Source of the DNA: an uncultured Candidatus Actinomarina sp.
GTDB taxonomy: Bacteria > Actinomycetota > Acidimicrobiia > Actinomarinales > Actinomarinaceae
Length of the DNA: 64,000 nt
Direction: 5' to 3'
Assembly (NCBI GenBank): GCA_902555055.1
Contig: CACDQN010000001.1
Location: 39,820-103,819 of the forward strand
Positions 1 to 9,467 of this stretch are shown in pieces (the first letter of the stretch is position 1; every line of letters starts with the position of its first letter). The notes under the pieces were generated by a model. It was not told where the DNA came from, did not search any database, and worked only from the letters and a program-made list of their open reading frames with translations. The position numbers were made by a program, and so were the translations under genes.

Positions 1-1033
1 AGTGACTAGCAAAAGTTGTTTTTATTTCTTTAGTAATCCTTACACGCATTTCTTGGACTCTTGCCATTCCAATCTTTCCAAGCATTGGAGTAAGCAACCA
101 ACCACCAAGACCCCAAGACATTCCGTAAGATCTTTTTAAAACTGTAGGAGATTGATCTAGACCACCATAAATATAAACTTGTTTATATGTTTCTGAACCA
201 TATCTTGAATATCGTTCAGTATTCTTATTAGCAGCTACCTCCATAGCTGTAAGAATCTGTCCAGGTAATTCTCCATTATTACCCCCTCCGGTTGCATCGA
301 ATCCTAATGTTGCTCCAGTTTCGACTAACGCATTTATTAGACTTTCCATAAAATCAGGATTGCTTGTATTACAAACATACTTCGCGCCAATATCTTTCAA
401 CTTCTTCACCTGTTCTTCTTTTCTAACAATATTTACGAGAGGAATGCCATCATTGTTACAAATTTTTATAAGCATCTGACCTAAATTAGAAGCAGCCGCA
501 GTATGAACAAGTGCAGAATGATTCTCCATTTTCATGGTTTCAACAAAAGATAAAGCAGTTAGTGGATTTACGAAGGAGGAGGCTGCTTCAGCAGGAGTAA
601 TCCCATCTTCCATCACTAAACAATTAATTGCAGGAGCACATTTGTATTGTGAGTACATAGAACCCCCTGCAAGGCCTACAGTTTTTCCAATGAGGCTTTG
701 TACATTAGCTCCCGCATCAACAACTACGCCTGCACCCTCATTTCCCGCTGCCATTGATTTATCTATTCTAGATTTCATCGATCTCATTACAGCAGGGTGA
801 ACTTTCATTGACGCAACTGTATCCTCACCTGTTCCAGAAATATTAATATTTGAGAGGTCTCCACCAAAAGTTGTAAGTAGTGCCAAGTCAGATGGGTTGA
901 TTGGAGCTGCTGATATTTCAATCAACACTTCATCATCAGTTGGTGTTGGAGTATCAATTTTTACTATAGACAGCTCAACATTTCCCTTACTTGTAATCGT
1001 TGATCTTATTTCTTTAGAGTGTTTACTTACCAT
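1..1033 (-). CDS. Medium-chain dehydrogenase/reductase family oxidoreductase (zinc-type ADH / NAD(P)H:quinone oxidoreductase-like); 3' end runs off the window
   Basis: Absent from the ORF track because it is open at the window edge. Hand translation of the minus strand from ATG (complement of 1031-1033), preceded by GGGGAGAG, gives MVSKHSKEIRSTITSKGNVELSIVKIDTPTPTDDEVLIEISAAPINPSDL...AAGNEGAGVVVDAGANV...VHTAAASNLGQML. This is the GroES-like N-domain plus Rossmann pattern of MDR oxidoreductases. Track ORFs 534-800 and 897-1115 are antisense to it. Confidence 0.7.
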   Translation of the reverse strand, partial: MVSKHSKEIRSTITSKGNVELSIVKIDTPTPTDDEVLIEISAAPINPSDLALLTTFGGDLSNINISGTGEDTVASMKVHPAVMRSMKSRIDKSMAAGNEGAGVVVDAGANVQSLIGKTVGLAGGSMYSQYKCAPAINCLVMEDGITPAEAASSFVNPLTALSFVETMKMENHSALVHTAAASNLGQMLIKICNNDGIPLVNIVRKEEQVKKLKDIGAKYVCNTSNPDFMESLINALVETGATLGFDATGGGNNGELPGQILTAMEVAANKNTERYSRYGSETYKQVYIYGGLDQSPTVLKRSYGMSWGLGGWLLTPMLGKIGMARVQEMRVRITKEIKTTFASH

Positions 1034-1111
1034 TGTCTCTCCCCAATTTTTAAAACATATGAAGTCTAACTGGATTTTAAATTGTTCGATGTCTAAAAAT
1101 TATACGTTTTA

Positions 1112-1570
1112 TTAAATGCCAGATTCAAAATATGAAGGAGCAGTTACAGCAATAGTAAGCCAACACTGCTCTTCCAGATTAGGGCATTCTGTTCTTTCAA
1201 AAACCCAAGTGATAACAAAATAGCTATTTGTTTTTGCCAGGACTTTTACTTCATAATGAATGTTAGTTTCATTTTCATATATAACTTCATAAGAGTATTC
1301 TTTTAAATCAATTATTGAGTCGTATGGCTCCGATACTAACATTTGAGAGAACCGTTCTTTTGGTCCCGTTATTTCTTTATTATCTTCATGCGCAAATCCC
1401 CAAATGGTATCAACTGCTTTTTCAGGGTTATTTGAAAAATTTTTATAACTATCAAATATTAAATTAAGAACCTCTTCTGAATCAAGGATTTTTGGTGACT
1501 CATCAACAATTGCTTGACCTCCAGAACAGGAAACTAGAAGAATGAAAAGAGCTAAAGCTTGTTTAACCAC
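1112..1570 (-). CDS. Hypothetical lipoprotein
   Basis: 152 aa ORF. N-terminus MVKQALALFILLVSCSGG has a signal peptide plus lipobox (LVS-C). No family recognised. Confidence 0.65.
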   Translation of the reverse strand: MVKQALALFILLVSCSGGQAIVDESPKILDSEEVLNLIFDSYKNFSNNPEKAVDTIWGFAHEDNKEITGPKERFSQMLVSEPYDSIIDLKEYSYEVIYENETNIHYEVKVLAKTNSYFVITWVFERTECPNLEEQCWLTIAVTAPSYFESGI

Positions 1571-1699
1571 CTAAGAACAGTGACACAACTAGGTATACAT
1601 GTAATACAAAAGCAATGGCTAGAAAACCAAAAAAAGATTTCTTTTCAACTTTATTCACAATCAAATACTAGCAACGGTTTAATTTATACGTAAACCGAG

Positions 1700-1855
1700 T
1701 TATTTATTTGCTTGTTCGTAAGCTTGGCTGTACAGGATAAGTGTTGGAGCCCAAAGACCTACGTAAATTGCAAGTTGAGAATCATCTAAAACAATATATA
1801 TAACTACAGATGCTAACACTGATATCATGCTTGCGTATAATCCAAGTTTTTGCAT
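1700..1855 (-). CDS. Small hydrophobic protein (51 aa), hypothetical
   Basis: Below the track size cutoff. Hand translation gives MQKLGLYASMISVLASVVIYIVLDDSQLAIYVGLWAPTLILYSQAYEQANK, with two hydrophobic segments. A 7-bp hairpin (1675-1681 / 1691-1697) lies 3 nt after its stop on the minus strand. Confidence 0.4.
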   Translation of the reverse strand: MQKLGLYASMISVLASVVIYIVLDDSQLAIYVGLWAPTLILYSQAYEQANK

Positions 1856-2096
1856 TTATTTCCTCTCTCAATTTAATTATACTATGTACTTTTGTTATGA
1901 TAAAAATATGTTAAATACAATTACTTCATCGCCCTTTTTCCTAATTCTCTTATTTCCAGTTGGTACACTTACTGTTTTTGTAATTGGCTTAATTCGCTTA
2001 GACATCAAAGACTTAAGAGGAAAGCAGACAGCAGGCCAAAAACTTGCTCTAGAAGAAGAATAGTAATTTGTCTCACTTGACTGTTTATATGTAATT

Positions 2097-2597
2097 ATGG
2101 ACAGGGAAAACCTAGAAATTTTAGACGAAGAATCTTTATTTAAGATCCAAAATATAATTTCTGAAATTATAAAAGAAAGAAACTTCAAAAAAGGTGACAT
2201 AGAGACAATCGTAGAGAATGCTTTCAGTGTTGCTTTTCCTAAAATAGACGGGCTAGGTTTAAACCCATGGGTAGAAGGATCTATCCTGATATGTCCTGGA
2301 GCAAGAATTGATAAGTCTCAGACAAGACATATCTGCAAATTTGTTGTTGTTGAAGAAGATTGGTCTTGGGAATCAAGTAATATGATAAATGATGTTATTA
2401 GAAGAGATCAGTCATCTAAAAATTTTAGACAACATTCAATTACATTAATCTCACCATTTGAAGGCATGTCGTTAGAAGTTGTGTCGCAAAAGTCACAAAA
2501 TGGAAAACACTTAGTAAACACGGTTGAATCCTACAAGTTTACAAATGGAAATTTAGAAAAAGTTATGACAAGATCCAGTAGATCAAGAGATCATTAA
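2097..2597 (+). CDS. Hypothetical protein (166 aa)
   Basis: Long ORF filling an otherwise empty interval. No motif recognised. Confidence 0.6.
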   Translation: MDRENLEILDEESLFKIQNIISEIIKERNFKKGDIETIVENAFSVAFPKIDGLGLNPWVEGSILICPGARIDKSQTRHICKFVVVEEDWSWESSNMINDVIRRDQSSKNFRQHSITLISPFEGMSLEVVSQKSQNGKHLVNTVESYKFTNGNLEKVMTRSSRSRDH

Positions 2598-4225
2598 ACA
2601 AACAAAGATAAAGTTCTCCACCCAAACAAATAGATTAAGATTACAAAAAACAAAAATAGAAGCAAAACTGCAATTCTCTTAGAAAGAGAATTTTCTAAAA
2701 ATATACCATCATCATTTGATTTGATCCTTGCTCTCAAAATCGTTACAAGTCGAGCAAAAGGGAAAAATTCTTGAGTTTTCAGATCGATTACATACGAGTC
2801 TTTATTTCTGGAAAAAGTATGAATTCCTTTGTATTTTGAATTTTTTGGAACTTCTATTTCTCCGATAATAACTTCTTTAAAATTATCGGGAGTTAAAATT
2901 TCAATCTTATTAAATATTATTGAAGTACCATAAATCGGGTAACAATTTTGCGTAGGTCTGATAATTGACTCACCCTCTTTAAAGATTTCACCACCGCCTC
3001 TAGAGGATTTAATATTTATTTTTACAGGATTTAATCTGTGTTCAGACCACTTAGTTAACGGGTTCTTAGAGTAATAAATATTTAAGTGAGAGTTGCTTCC
3101 CACAGATCCATCTGTAGCAAAAATATACCATAATCCGTTATACTCAACGATGCTTGGATCTATTCCAGCAAAATTTTCAACAACCGTGACAACTTCTGAT
3201 AGGGATTCATCATCATTTTTTTTATAGATTTTTATACAATTACTCTGAGCACCTTCAGGTATCATGTAGGTATCGTCATCGTATTCAAAAATGCATGGAT
3301 AGGAAAAGTGAAGATTACTTTCCGGTTTCAGATTACTTAATTCACCTGTATCAAGATTATATTTGGCAAGCTCTCCACGCCCAAGTAGGTAATTAAATTT
3401 TTCAATAAATAGACTATTTTCTGATTTTAAATAAAAAGGATCAGCTTTAAATTTCCATGTTCTATCATTAAATATTTTTCCAACTCTTTTTCCCTCGAGC
3501 ACGTTTTTAGTAAAAATATTAATAATTCTTGGGTATGTGTAAACACTCCAAGATGTGTAATAAAACAGTAATGAAGAAAATTTTAAAAATAAACTAGTAA
3601 TCCTAGAACGTTTCTCTATAAATAAGTTATCTTTGTTGTATTTAAAAATTTCAAAAGAATCTTCATATTCACTATGAATTAAAAACCTCAGCGTACTCAA
3701 ATTATTTGAAATTGATTTACTATTACTGAACTTAGCTTCTTCTGTCCAGCATCCATTGACAATCAAACACGTGCTTTTATTTTTTTTAGTTAGGTAAGTT
3801 ATAGAATTAAGCTCTTCAGAATCTCTTAATAGAAAATTTTTTTCAAATTTATGGTTACTTTTACTGTCACTAAAGTAATAAATATTTTGTTCATATTCAA
3901 ACTCAATTGGATTTTCAGAAAGCCATACCAAATCTCCTATTAACTGCACTCCTTTATTGAGTGAGAGCCTCTTCGTATTTTCAAAGAATTCTGAAATTGT
4001 AACTTGCGCTAAGCTGCTACACAAAAATCTCCTTAGTGTTAACCTAGGATTAATTGGGGCATTACCTGTTATATAAATAGTATTTAACAAACTATCTTTA
4101 CTTAGTTTATTAATTATTTGGAACTTCCAGTTACTAATTTTTTCACTATCAATAACAACTGATACTTTTTTCATTATCACCAGTCTATTTATATAAATTA
4201 AATAATTAAATAAGAAATAATACAA
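2594..4225 (-). CDS. Hypothetical membrane-anchored protein; the C-terminal half resembles the bacterial 'glucosamine inositolphosphorylceramide transferase-like' beta-propeller family (tentative)
   Basis: 543 aa ORF with a C-terminal TM segment ([19 protein letters not shown]). Segments ADPFYL, HFSYPCIF..DDDTYMIPEG, NGLWYIFAT and IIRPTQNCYPIYG match my memory of that family. The start is more likely the internal MKKVSVVIDS (ATG at 4174). Confidence 0.7.
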   Translation of the reverse strand: MYYFLFNYLIYINRLVIMKKVSVVIDSEKISNWKFQIINKLSKDSLLNTIYITGNAPINPRLTLRRFLCSSLAQVTISEFFENTKRLSLNKGVQLIGDLVWLSENPIEFEYEQNIYYFSDSKSNHKFEKNFLLRDSEELNSITYLTKKNKSTCLIVNGCWTEEAKFSNSKSISNNLSTLRFLIHSEYEDSFEIFKYNKDNLFIEKRSRITSLFLKFSSLLFYYTSWSVYTYPRIINIFTKNVLEGKRVGKIFNDRTWKFKADPFYLKSENSLFIEKFNYLLGRGELAKYNLDTGELSNLKPESNLHFSYPCIFEYDDDTYMIPEGAQSNCIKIYKKNDDESLSEVVTVVENFAGIDPSIVEYNGLWYIFATDGSVGSNSHLNIYYSKNPLTKWSEHRLNPVKINIKSSRGGGEIFKEGESIIRPTQNCYPIYGTSIIFNKIEILTPDNFKEVIIGEIEVPKNSKYKGIHTFSRNKDSYVIDLKTQEFFPFARLVTILRARIKSNDDGIFLENSLSKRIAVLLLFLFFVILIYLFGWRTLSLFV

Positions 4226-4259
4226 AGTCTAAAGAACTTATTTTGATGAATTTATCGAT

Positions 4260-6122
4260 TTAACTTAAATAATTTTTATGCCATTTAATAATGTGATCGA
4301 ATCTTTGTTTTCTGTGAACGGGTTTACCCGATCTTGAAAGCTCGTGACTCTCTCCAGGAAACCTTAACATAGCCGACTCCACACCCCGCCTTTTTAAATT
4401 TGAAAAAAGCTGTTCAGCTTGTTCTACTGGACATCTATAGTCTTCCTCAGAGTGGATTATAAGAGTTGGAGTTTTTATATTTGAAGCAAACGTGATAGGA
4501 CTTTTCTCCCTGTAAAGATTAATATTTTTAGACATATTATCTAAAAGATACATTTCAGGAAAGCCAATCCCAATATCTGAAGTACCAACCATTGTTTCCC
4601 AATTTAGCAATGCGCGTTCAACAATTGCTGACTTAAACATATTTGGTTTGTGGCTAATAATCCAAGACGTCATGAACCCACCATATGAACCACCCATGAT
4701 TCCATAATTTTTATTAGTAACACCCATAATTTTTACCATTTTTTTGAAAGAAGTTAAAACATCATGCATATCTGCAACACCCCATTGGTCCCCACAAACA
4801 TCTCTAAGAAAGTCATGGCCTCTACCACTAGAACCTCTCGGGTTACAAGCTATTACATTAAAACCTGCCGATGCATAAGTTTGAAATTCATCAAAAAAGG
4901 TAAATCCGTACTGTGATGCAGGACCACCATGGATATTTAAAAGGGTTGGTCGATCTTTACTTACAAAGATTCCCCATGTATCTATTTCTGATTCACCAGT
5001 ATTAATTCTTTTGTAGACACATTTGTGTGTTTTTACTTTATTGACAAAGTAATCGTTTGCTTTTGAATTTTTTATAATTCGACCATTTTCTATTTCATAA
5101 ATTTCATCAGGTTTTGAAAAAGAATTAGCAATTATATAAATCCTATCATCGTTGAACGCAAAATCTTTAATGGTGATATTAAGGTCAACTAAATCAATAT
5201 TATTTGTACCGTCGCGAAGTAAGGTTTTTCCTGAGTCTTCATATAAAAAATAAAGTATAGAATTATTAATTTTAGCTTTAGAAATATTCCTATCAAAGAG
5301 TTTAAATTTAAATGAAGCATGTCCAGGCTTAGAAAACTTGAGAATAGTTGGATTTGTTGGCCAGTCAAAACGATTTCTTAGGCCTACACCGTGTAAAGTA
5401 TCTTCATAGTAAAAGAGGTTGCTTATTGAACCTTTTTCAAAAATATTATCTATAGATCTATTTTTTACAACCCCAACCCTCTCTTCAAGCATTGTGCCTG
5501 CTAAGTTATATTGGCTATATGACAGTGTTATTGTATTTTTATGTTCAACTAATGAGTCAATTGAAATTATGTTCTCTTTATCACCATTAATAAGTATTGT
5601 TGATTTCTTAGATTGAAGATTTACTTTATAAACATGACTTCTTTTGTTGTAAATGATTCCCACACTATCAAAATGAAATGGAAGATTTTCATAGTACATC
5701 GGTTCCTCTTCCTTTTTTTCAATACTTTTAAAATCTTTAGACCATTCATTAGTTATTACGTAGATAAATTTTTCATTTTTACTCAAAATATAATTAGAGA
5801 TTTTTCCTTCAGTCTGAAAGACCGTTTCTGTTGTTCTTCCACTTTGAACTTGAATAGTGGAAGATACTTTTACTTCTTTATTCTTCGGTATTCTGGGTGA
5901 TTTTATATAAAAAATAGAGTTAGTTAATTTTGCAAATTTTGGGTTAGTGAAATTATAACTTCCTGATTTATATTTTTTCCAAGAACCTTTGTCCCCTTTC
6001 CATAGTTCAGATATATAAGTATTAGTCTCTAGATCCATGCGAGTACTTTGTACTATCAGGCTTGAAGCCTTTCCGTCTAGATTGGATAGGGAATTAAATT
6101 CTGTTAAGTTATTTGGCTTCAT
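4260..6122 (-). CDS. S9 family serine peptidase (prolyl oligopeptidase / acylaminoacyl-peptidase type)
   Basis: 620 aa. N-terminal beta-propeller-like region plus a C-terminal alpha/beta hydrolase domain with nucleophile elbow GGSYGGFM and a later D/H region (EEDYRCP, GESHEL). Confidence 0.9.
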   Translation of the reverse strand: MKPNNLTEFNSLSNLDGKASSLIVQSTRMDLETNTYISELWKGDKGSWKKYKSGSYNFTNPKFAKLTNSIFYIKSPRIPKNKEVKVSSTIQVQSGRTTETVFQTEGKISNYILSKNEKFIYVITNEWSKDFKSIEKKEEEPMYYENLPFHFDSVGIIYNKRSHVYKVNLQSKKSTILINGDKENIISIDSLVEHKNTITLSYSQYNLAGTMLEERVGVVKNRSIDNIFEKGSISNLFYYEDTLHGVGLRNRFDWPTNPTILKFSKPGHASFKFKLFDRNISKAKINNSILYFLYEDSGKTLLRDGTNNIDLVDLNITIKDFAFNDDRIYIIANSFSKPDEIYEIENGRIIKNSKANDYFVNKVKTHKCVYKRINTGESEIDTWGIFVSKDRPTLLNIHGGPASQYGFTFFDEFQTYASAGFNVIACNPRGSSGRGHDFLRDVCGDQWGVADMHDVLTSFKKMVKIMGVTNKNYGIMGGSYGGFMTSWIISHKPNMFKSAIVERALLNWETMVGTSDIGIGFPEMYLLDNMSKNINLYREKSPITFASNIKTPTLIIHSEEDYRCPVEQAEQLFSNLKRRGVESAMLRFPGESHELSRSGKPVHRKQRFDHIIKWHKNYLS

Positions 6123-6135
6123 GCTAATTCTTATT

Positions 6136-7500
6136 CTATTTAATTAATTTATCCGCAACAAGTGTAATTATCATTGAAGAAATTAAGGCAATAGCAAAAG
6201 TGTTTAGGTCTGCTAAACCATAAAGATCTGTGGGTATAAATACCCCTCCAGGATTTGCTTGAAGATCAATATATTGAAATCTATATATAAAAGCAGACAT
6301 AAGAGATCCAACGAAGGGAACTATAAGTAAGAAATCTTTGCTGGTTTTTTTTATTCTATAGAAAGCTGGAAACACAAGGCTAGTTGCAAACAAGTCAGCT
6401 ACTAAAAATACATTAAAAATACTAGTTACTTCAATTGATATTACTAATGCAATACATACAATTAATAATGTTATTAATTTAGCTTCTTCAGATTTTTTCT
6501 TAAGAATATCTAATGAAATAGTTGATGCAATTGCATTTTCTAGAGTATCAATACTTGATGTTACTAAAAGGGTTGCTAAAGAGACTAGCAATATAATTGT
6601 AAAATTATTCAAATTTAACTGATCAATGAAGCTTAATGCAGGAGATTCTAAACCCTTTCCCGCTCCAACTGCACCACCAATTCCCAAAAGAAGAATAGTT
6701 AAGAATGCACCCATTCCAGAAAAGATGCTTGCTTGTTTAATAGCTTTTGAGTTTTCTGCTGAAAAAGTTCTCTGCCAGTAACCCATAGAAAAAACCTCAG
6801 CTGCAGTTACAGCAATTATTACAGCTAATGCAGACTTAAGGCTAAAAGTTTCAAATGAGTTTAATCCTCCGTCGTTTGCAAAAGTTACTAACTCAGAAAG
6901 ACTGTTTTGGCTTAGCCATATGGTGAAAACAATAGCCAGTAACAAAATTATTCCATAACTTTGAAGCTTATCTGTAAAATAAGATGCTTTAAATCCATGT
7001 CTAAATAGGTAAGCCAATGTAGTCATAGCAATTAGCAAACTTATTAAAACCCCACGAACAGTTGATATTGATTCAAAAACGAAACCAATTGATGCAAACT
7101 CGGCTATTAAAAAAGCTCCCATATAAATTACCGCTACCATGGAAACTATTTTTTGAGCGATACTTCCATATTTTGTTTCGACAAATTGTGCAAGCGTAGC
7201 CCCTTTTGGTAACAAATCAGCAATCCTAGGGCCAAAAATATATATCAAAATAAAAGGAGTAGCTGCTGAAATAGCATAACCATAAATGTCGTACCCTAAC
7301 CCATACCAAGCAACCTCAGCCGGAGAGGTCAGAATCCAAAGTCCCATACCACTTGCGTAAAAGCTTAAACTTAAGCCAAGTACACCTTCTGACTTATTTA
7401 AAACAAAATACTCATCTTCATTTGACTTCAAACTTCTTGTTTGAAAGTAGATCCAAGTCAAAATTAATATAACTATTAAATAAACTACATTTGCGTTCAT
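6136..7500 (-). CDS. Sodium:solute symporter family transporter, TPP-riboswitch controlled (thiV-like; candidate thiamine-precursor/HMP importer)
   Basis: 454 aa polytopic membrane protein with an SSS-type N-terminus (EDEYFVLNKS..GLSLSFYASGMG). It lies immediately downstream of a TPP riboswitch on the same strand. Confidence 0.85.
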   Translation of the reverse strand: MNANVVYLIVILILTWIYFQTRSLKSNEDEYFVLNKSEGVLGLSLSFYASGMGLWILTSPAEVAWYGLGYDIYGYAISAATPFILIYIFGPRIADLLPKGATLAQFVETKYGSIAQKIVSMVAVIYMGAFLIAEFASIGFVFESISTVRGVLISLLIAMTTLAYLFRHGFKASYFTDKLQSYGIILLLAIVFTIWLSQNSLSELVTFANDGGLNSFETFSLKSALAVIIAVTAAEVFSMGYWQRTFSAENSKAIKQASIFSGMGAFLTILLLGIGGAVGAGKGLESPALSFIDQLNLNNFTIILLVSLATLLVTSSIDTLENAIASTISLDILKKKSEEAKLITLLIVCIALVISIEVTSIFNVFLVADLFATSLVFPAFYRIKKTSKDFLLIVPFVGSLMSAFIYRFQYIDLQANPGGVFIPTDLYGLADLNTFAIALISSMIITLVADKLIK

Positions 7501-7535
7501 AGATACTCATTCCTATAAAAGTAATGGGATTTGAG

Positions 7536-7611
7536 TCCGAGTTCCCTTCGTTAGAATTACCTAACAGGTTCATACGGTCGGCTTTTACACCCTCTCAGCT
7601 TTTGCTCCCGA
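7536..7611 (-). promoter_or_regulatory. TPP (THI-box) riboswitch aptamer
   Basis: The minus-strand RNA reads UCGGGAGCAAAAGCUGAGAGGGUGUAAAAGCCGACCGUAUGAACCUGUUAGGUAAUUCUAACGAAGGGAACUCGGA. It contains the invariant CUGAGA and the ACCUG..GGUAAU..CGAAGGGA pyrophosphate/pyrimidine-sensor helices of RF00059-type elements. It is a GC-rich island in AT-rich spacer, about 35 nt upstream of the transporter ATG. Confidence 0.8.
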
Positions 7612-7675
7612 TATTTTTATAATAGCCGTCACCACTATATAAAGTTATCTTTTTAGTGACATTAATATCCCTCTA

Positions 7676-8590
7676 ATGAGTTCACACAATATAGAAAAAC
7701 CATCTCAGCCTTCAATGATTCAAACATTCTCAGCAATAATAGTTGCGGCTATTGGATGGGGAACAGGAAATGTAATTTCAAGAAGCTTATTGATTGAGGG
7801 CATAGATGAAATCTATTTAATAACAATCAGAGTTGTTGTTATAGGTACAATATTAACTATTTATTACTTACTTTTTATAAGGGAAAAATTTGAAATTACA
7901 ATATTTAAAGAAGCTTCGTTGACTAGTATCTTCTCTTTGTTTGCTGTAAGTTGGTTTTTTATTTTTGCTCTCCAATATATTTCTTCTGGGTTAGTGACTT
8001 TATTAATTAGTTCTGCTCCAATATTTACCGCAATATGGTTGAAAATACTACTTAAAGAGGAAGATATTTCAAAAACACGATACCTTGCTATCTTTATAGG
8101 ATTAATTGGAGTTTCCTATCTGTTTTTAACTAAAGAAACTGGATTACTTGATGGGGGAGATATATTGATAGGAGGGACTCTGGCTTTTATGGGAGTTCAG
8201 TGTATAGCATTAGCTACAGTACTTAACAGAAAGTATGCACCAAATTATAAAGTCTTTACATGGCTTACATACCAGTACCCAACAGTTATTTTTTTAACAA
8301 TAATTGCGTTTTTAATTTTTGATATACAAATTGAGCCACTTACTACCTCGCAAGTTACGAGAATAACATTTCTCATAATGGCAAATTTAAGTGCCTTTAC
8401 ATCATTTACGTGGCTTATTAGGAGAGTTAGCGCTTTACAGGTTGCTTCTGTAGATTATCTTGTTCCGATTGTTGGAGTTTCAGCAGGAGTTGTATTCTTA
8501 AATGAATCTTTTAACTTCAATATAGTGATAGCGGGAGTGTTCATTTTCATATCTTTAGTTCTGAATACTAAAGAAGAGTTTTCAAATTGA
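7676..8590 (+). CDS. DMT superfamily (EamA-like) transporter
   Basis: 304 aa, about 10 TM segments in two EamA-like halves. Confidence 0.8.
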   Translation: MSSHNIEKPSQPSMIQTFSAIIVAAIGWGTGNVISRSLLIEGIDEIYLITIRVVVIGTILTIYYLLFIREKFEITIFKEASLTSIFSLFAVSWFFIFALQYISSGLVTLLISSAPIFTAIWLKILLKEEDISKTRYLAIFIGLIGVSYLFLTKETGLLDGGDILIGGTLAFMGVQCIALATVLNRKYAPNYKVFTWLTYQYPTVIFLTIIAFLIFDIQIEPLTTSQVTRITFLIMANLSAFTSFTWLIRRVSALQVASVDYLVPIVGVSAGVVFLNESFNFNIVIAGVFIFISLVLNTKEEFSN

Positions 8591-9196
8591 CTTTAATTCC
8601 TTTTTAACTTTTTTTAAATCCTGTTGTGTTAACCATTTTGGCTTACCCTTTTCGTCAGACGGATTTCTAAGTAAATATGAAGGGTGAAATATAGGCATAT
8701 ACTTTATACCACCTTTATTTATCCATTTACCTCTAATTTTTGATATAGGTTCATTTATATTCAAGTAAGACTGAACAGCAGTAGAACCAGCAAGAACTAT
8801 AACTTTTGGATCTATTAATTCGATTTGACCACTAAGCCATGTAATGCAATTTTCAACCTCAATATTTTTTGGCTTTCTGTTATTTGGAGGTCTACATTTA
8901 ACAATATTAGAAATATAACAATCCTTATTTGTGTCAATACCTACAGATAGAAAAGACTTATCCAACATTTTTCCAGCCCTTCCGACAAAAGCTAAACCTT
9001 GCTCATCCTCTTTTTGACCAGGAGCTTCTCCGATAATGAAGATTTTTGCTTTTGGGTTTCCTCTGCCAAAAACTACATTCGTTCTTTCTTTAGATAGAGA
9101 GCATTTTGTACACAAGATACAATTTTTTTTTAGTAAATTTAATTTAACCTGATCAACCATAGATAAAATTTTAGTAAAATTTGTATTTTTAAACAC
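8582..9196 (-). CDS. Uracil-DNA glycosylase, family 4
   Basis: Family-4 motifs: GEAPGQKEDEQGLAFVGRAGKMLD, N-terminal Cys cluster (CILCTKCSL), HPSYLLRN. The track start at 9196 is a GTG. ATG at 9160 (MVDQVKL...) is an alternative start. Confidence 0.85.
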   Translation of the reverse strand: MFKNTNFTKILSMVDQVKLNLLKKNCILCTKCSLSKERTNVVFGRGNPKAKIFIIGEAPGQKEDEQGLAFVGRAGKMLDKSFLSVGIDTNKDCYISNIVKCRPPNNRKPKNIEVENCITWLSGQIELIDPKVIVLAGSTAVQSYLNINEPISKIRGKWINKGGIKYMPIFHPSYLLRNPSDEKGKPKWLTQQDLKKVKKELKSI

Positions 9197-9322
9197 CCTA
9201 GAACAGAAGTTCTAAGGGGTTTTTGTATACCAACAACATAGGGAGCATGTGTTTGTAAGTAAAGTGTAAAAATCGAACTTAAATTAGAGGTAAATAAGCT
9301 ATAAACATTATATAAATGAGAA

Positions 9323-9372
9323 AACCCTTGAAAACTCCGCAATCTGTTTCCAGATTTCCTGCTTCAAGGGTT
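9323..9372 (-). terminator. Extended hairpin, possible intrinsic terminator of cbiM
   Basis: Perfect 10-bp outer stem AACCCTTGAA / TTCAAGGGTT (9323-9332 / 9363-9372). Inner 6-bp stem 9341-9346 / 9351-9356. On the minus strand it is followed by UUUCUCAUUUAU. It lies about 95 nt downstream of the cbiM stop. Confidence 0.35.
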
Positions 9373-9467
9373 ATCTCTTATTACTTCTTGTAATGATTAT
9401 CTATAAAGACTTTCTTCACAAAAAGTAATATAAATTTACATCAAAAAATTGTAAAAATCAAAAGATT

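Noticed and set aside
534-1115. Track ORFs 534-800 (+) and 897-1115 (+)
   Set aside because: Both lie antisense to a much longer minus-strand ORF (1-1033) that has clear MDR-oxidoreductase motifs and a good RBS. Their products are low-complexity with no recognisable motif.
1827-2200. Overlapping ORFs 1827-2063 (+) and 1895-2200 (-), including a possible 51-aa TM peptide from ATG 1908
   Set aside because: They exclude each other. There is no RBS and the composition is typical of AT-rich spacer. I cannot support either as a gene, although the 240-nt spacer is long for this genome.
9139-9342. 67-aa ORF (-) in the cbiM-UDG gap, and a 25-aa basic plus-strand peptide (ATG at 9316)
   Set aside because: No RBS and no motif. 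They overlap the hairpins, which explain the region better as RNA structure.
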